From assembly GCA_016867315.1 (NCBI GenBank), contig VGJV01000001.1:194649-258648 (forward strand): a stretch of 64,000 nucleotides of DNA. The letters run 5' to 3'. The stretch comes from Candidatus Liptonbacteria bacterium. GTDB lineage: Bacteria; Patescibacteriota; Minisyncoccia; UBA6257; 2-01-FULL-56-20. The translations under genes and the position numbers were made by a program. Below are positions 63,191-64,000 of the stretch, one piece after another. A model generated the notes under the pieces. It searched no databases and was not told the DNA's origin. It worked only from the letters and a program-made list of their open reading frames with translations. Position 1 is the stretch's first letter, and each line of letters starts with the position of its first letter.

Positions 63191-63267
63191 CAAGAAACAA
63201 GACTTCGCTCTCCCACTGCATTATATGGAGCTCCCTTCTTTTTGGAGCTTGGCCGCTCCTTTCATTG

Positions 63268-63310
63268 GGATTTTTTTAGAAATTAGGAATTAGAGCTTAG
63301 AAATTAGGGT
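63268..63310. repeat. tandem AGAAATTAGG/AGGAATTAG-type repeat array upstream of pilM
   Basis: TTAGAAATTAGGAATTAGAGCTTAGAAATTAGGG. The same heptamer family occurs at 590-618 and in-frame inside iscS (44150-44200). Confidence 0.5.
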
Positions 63311-63321
63311 ATACTGTGGGT

Positions 63322-64000
63322 ATGTGGAACGTGTTCGAGAATTTGAAGCAAGCTACTTTCCCGATCTATCTCGGAGTAGACATTGGCACGACTTCGATCA
63401 AGGCGGTCGAGGTGAAGCAGGGAGAAAAACTTCCTGAACTTTTGAATTATGGAATGCTTGAACTGGGGGGATATCTTCTCCGGGCAAATAACGCGCTTCA
63501 GACGAGCACGCTCAAAATTTTTGAGGAAGAAGTCGCGGAGCTTCTCAAGGTGCTTATGGCTAAAATGAAGCTTCGCGCCAAGGAGGTGGTGGCCTCAATT
63601 CCGGCATTCGCCGCGTTTACTACGGTGCTCGATTTTCCCGCGATGACTCCGGAGGAGCTGAAGAAAACGATCGCCTTTCAGGCGAAAGAATACATTCCTC
63701 AGCCACTTTCCGAAGTGGCAATCGATTGGCTTAAAGTAGGGGAGTTTGAGGATAAAGGATACAAACATGACCAGATTCTTATTATTTCCGTGCCTCGGGA
63801 GCAGATTAAGCGGTATCAGCGCCTTTTTGGGATGGCGGGGCTTACCCTTCGGGCGCTTGAAATTGAGAGTTTGAGTTTGGCGCGGATTCTCACGATGGGG
63901 GATCCCACCCCCACTATCATTGCGGATATTGGGAGTCGGTCTACAAGCATCGCGTTTGCGGCCCGAGGAGAGCTTCGGTATGTCGGCCAGAGCGATTTTG
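63322..64000 (+). CDS. pilM: type IV pilus assembly protein PilM (3' end beyond window)
   Basis: 'IYLGVDIGTTSIKAVEV' actin-like ATPase N-terminus and later 'ADIGSRSTSIAFA'; frame open to the window edge. Confidence 0.8.
   Translation, partial: MWNVFENLKQATFPIYLGVDIGTTSIKAVEVKQGEKLPELLNYGMLELGGYLLRANNALQTSTLKIFEEEVAELLKVLMAKMKLRAKEVVASIPAFAAFTTVLDFPAMTPEELKKTIAFQAKEYIPQPLSEVAIDWLKVGEFEDKGYKHDQILIISVPREQIKRYQRLFGMAGLTLRALEIESLSLARILTMGDPTPTIIADIGSRSTSIAFAARGELRYVGQSDF

Noticed and set aside
8611-63310. CRISPR array interpretation of the short tandem repeats
   Set aside because: Units are 5-14 nt with no unique spacers of 25-40 nt and no cas genes. These are simple STRs

Overview
This 64-kb window is about 50% GC and gene-dense, with many short genes. 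Gene content suggests a small-genome, CPR/Patescibacteria-like bacterium (inference only). The supporting traits are a group-I intron inside a tRNA, an O-antigen-ligase+TPR protein, PilM/ComF genes, a four-helix-bundle 'IVS' protein, many small secreted or membrane hypotheticals, and leaderless promoters. Recognisable housekeeping genes are glyA (3' part), folD, rpsA, gyrA, xerC/D-like recombinase, rpsO-pnp, recA, ftsK, a phosphohexomutase, iscS/nifS-like, htrA-like, clpB, a sugar nucleotidyltransferase, hup, an ECF sigma/anti-sigma pair, a NUDIX hydrolase, comF and pilM (5' part). I identified seven tRNAs by hand-folding: Val-TAC, Pro-TGG, Arg-TCT, Phe-GAA split by a ~195-nt group I intron, Leu-TAG, Arg-GCG and Gly-GCC. 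The most unusual content is: (i) a tandem array of four paralogous signal-peptide + two-TM small proteins with VirB2/TrbC-pilin-like topology, interrupted by a GIY-YIG nuclease gene, with a heptamer tandem repeat overlapping the first paralog's start codon; (ii) a CofE-like gamma-glutamyl ligase and a cyanophycin-synthetase-type ATP-grasp ligase placed next to glyA-folD; (iii) a ~700-bp GC-rich non-coding block with its own intrinsic terminator between glyA and folD; (iv) a family of at least seven structured intergenic repeat elements sharing a 'GCTAT..CTCTCG..GAGAAYCCCC' module; (v) pervasive 6-8-nt short tandem repeat arrays at gene boundaries that flank small genes and also occur in-frame inside iscS; (vi) several clusters of secreted proteins without recognisable domains. 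All coordinates of hand-called features (tRNAs, terminators, repeats) carry about +/-2 nt uncertainty. CDS coordinates follow the supplied ORF track, with start codons revised where an internal Met plus signal peptide fits better.
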